The position numbers and the translations under genes were made by a program. This document shows, piece after piece, positions 62,991 through 64,000 of a stretch of 64,000 bases of DNA. Positions within the stretch are counted from its first letter, which is position 1, and each line of letters opens with the position of its first letter. Under the pieces are notes generated by a model, which saw only the letters and a program-made list of their open reading frames with translations, was not told where the DNA came from and made no database searches. Origin of the DNA: Eledone cirrhosa (taxonomy: Eukaryota); assembly GCA_964016885.1 (NCBI GenBank), contig OZ024753.1, forward strand, positions 20,708,001-20,772,000. Reading direction: 5' to 3'.

Positions 62991-63832
62991 TCATTGACAT
63001 ATAAATCATGTTGATAAAGTTGGTACTAGAAGTGAAGTGACAGTAAAAGATGTTTTCTTCTCCAGTTGGTGATCTTGTCTCCTATTCCTGTGCTTGACAC
63101 CACTCAGCCAAAAAGTACCATCAGAAGAACTAACACTTTACATCTATTTAGATATTTTTTCTAGCATGTCATGAAAACACGTAGAGAGTCTCCTTCTTTG
63201 ACATATAAATCATGATGATAAAGTTGGTACTGGAACTGAAATGACATTTTTACTAAAAGGCATTGGAAATATGAAAACATTTTAGTATTTTTTCTTTTAA
63301 TGTTGTCATTACCAATCAGTTTGGAGAAATAAAAGATTGAAAATGATGAAGGATTACAAAATGTAGAATGTGAGTAGAAATATAAAACACAGATGTTGTT
63401 ATTTTTATTTTTTGGGGGTAGATTTTTGAGTTTCTTTTGTTTTCTTTCAGTTAAATTATCTTCAGTGAAAACAAAACTCCATATTCAAATAAGGATTAAT
63501 GCAGGAGTGAGATAGAGTGAACTGCTAATGAAATAAGATTTTGCAAAGATTTTTATGTGTTGTGCATGCAAAATTGTTCAGAAGTGATAAAGAGATATTT
63601 ATGATGGCACCAATACAAGATAGTGTATATATTTCTTTTCTTTTTGAGTTAAGGCAAAATTTTCTTTTTCTATAATTGCAAATGAATAATATGAAGTTAT
63701 CACTTTCATGTCAAGTACTTTAGAAATATGTAAATGTAGAAAACTTAGATCAATCAAAATGTAAACCTGAATCTCTAGAATCTTACACCTTGTCCTATGA
63801 TGTTCACCAGGAAATTATATTATTATTACTTG

Positions 63833-64000
63833 TAAGTTCAAATCCCACCAGGGTTAGCTTTGCCTGTTATCCTTACGAGATCGATAAAATAAAGTACCCA
63901 TCTCGCACTGAGGTAGATTTAACTGACTTTCCCCTCCTCCAAATTGCTAGCGTAGAAAGCTGATGTTGAAACGATGATGTTGATGATGATGATGTTGATG
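63833..64000 (+). mobile_element. SINE fragment (15464 family core) with RTE-like (GAT)n tail
   Basis: AAGTTCAAATCCC..CTTTGCCTGTTATCC..GATCGATAAAATAAAGTACC, ending GCTAGCGTAGAAAGCTGATGTTGAAAC(GAT)n. Confidence 0.7.

Overview
Repeat-dense animal (eukaryotic) DNA. The SINE/RTE families and microsatellite load suggest a coleoid cephalopod, probably Octopus (inference). 1-19.4 kb is a patchwork of decayed mobile elements: two RTE LINE pieces, two R4/Dong-type RLE LINE pieces, a Penelope GIY-YIG remnant, hammerhead-like motifs, several SINEs, a Helitron-like insert, a hAT scrap and a mariner-like element. Two or three candidate exons of an unrecognised host gene are scattered among them on the + strand. 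19.4-54.9 kb is a ~35.5 kb satellite built from TCTG/TCTA tetramers (commonest monomer 30 bp) with nested higher-order duplications and one inverted block carrying a LINE fragment. 54.9-61.9 kb holds Tx1/L1-clade LINE copies whose outer ends abut TCTG/TCTA repeats. The hundreds of Cys/Leu/Ser-rich ORFs at 19.3-54.9 kb are reading-frame artefacts of the satellite. The best candidate for something undescribed is a Tx1 family tied to (TCTA/TCTG)n repeats together with this satellite. I found no intact, recognisable cellular gene, rRNA, tRNA or CRISPR array.
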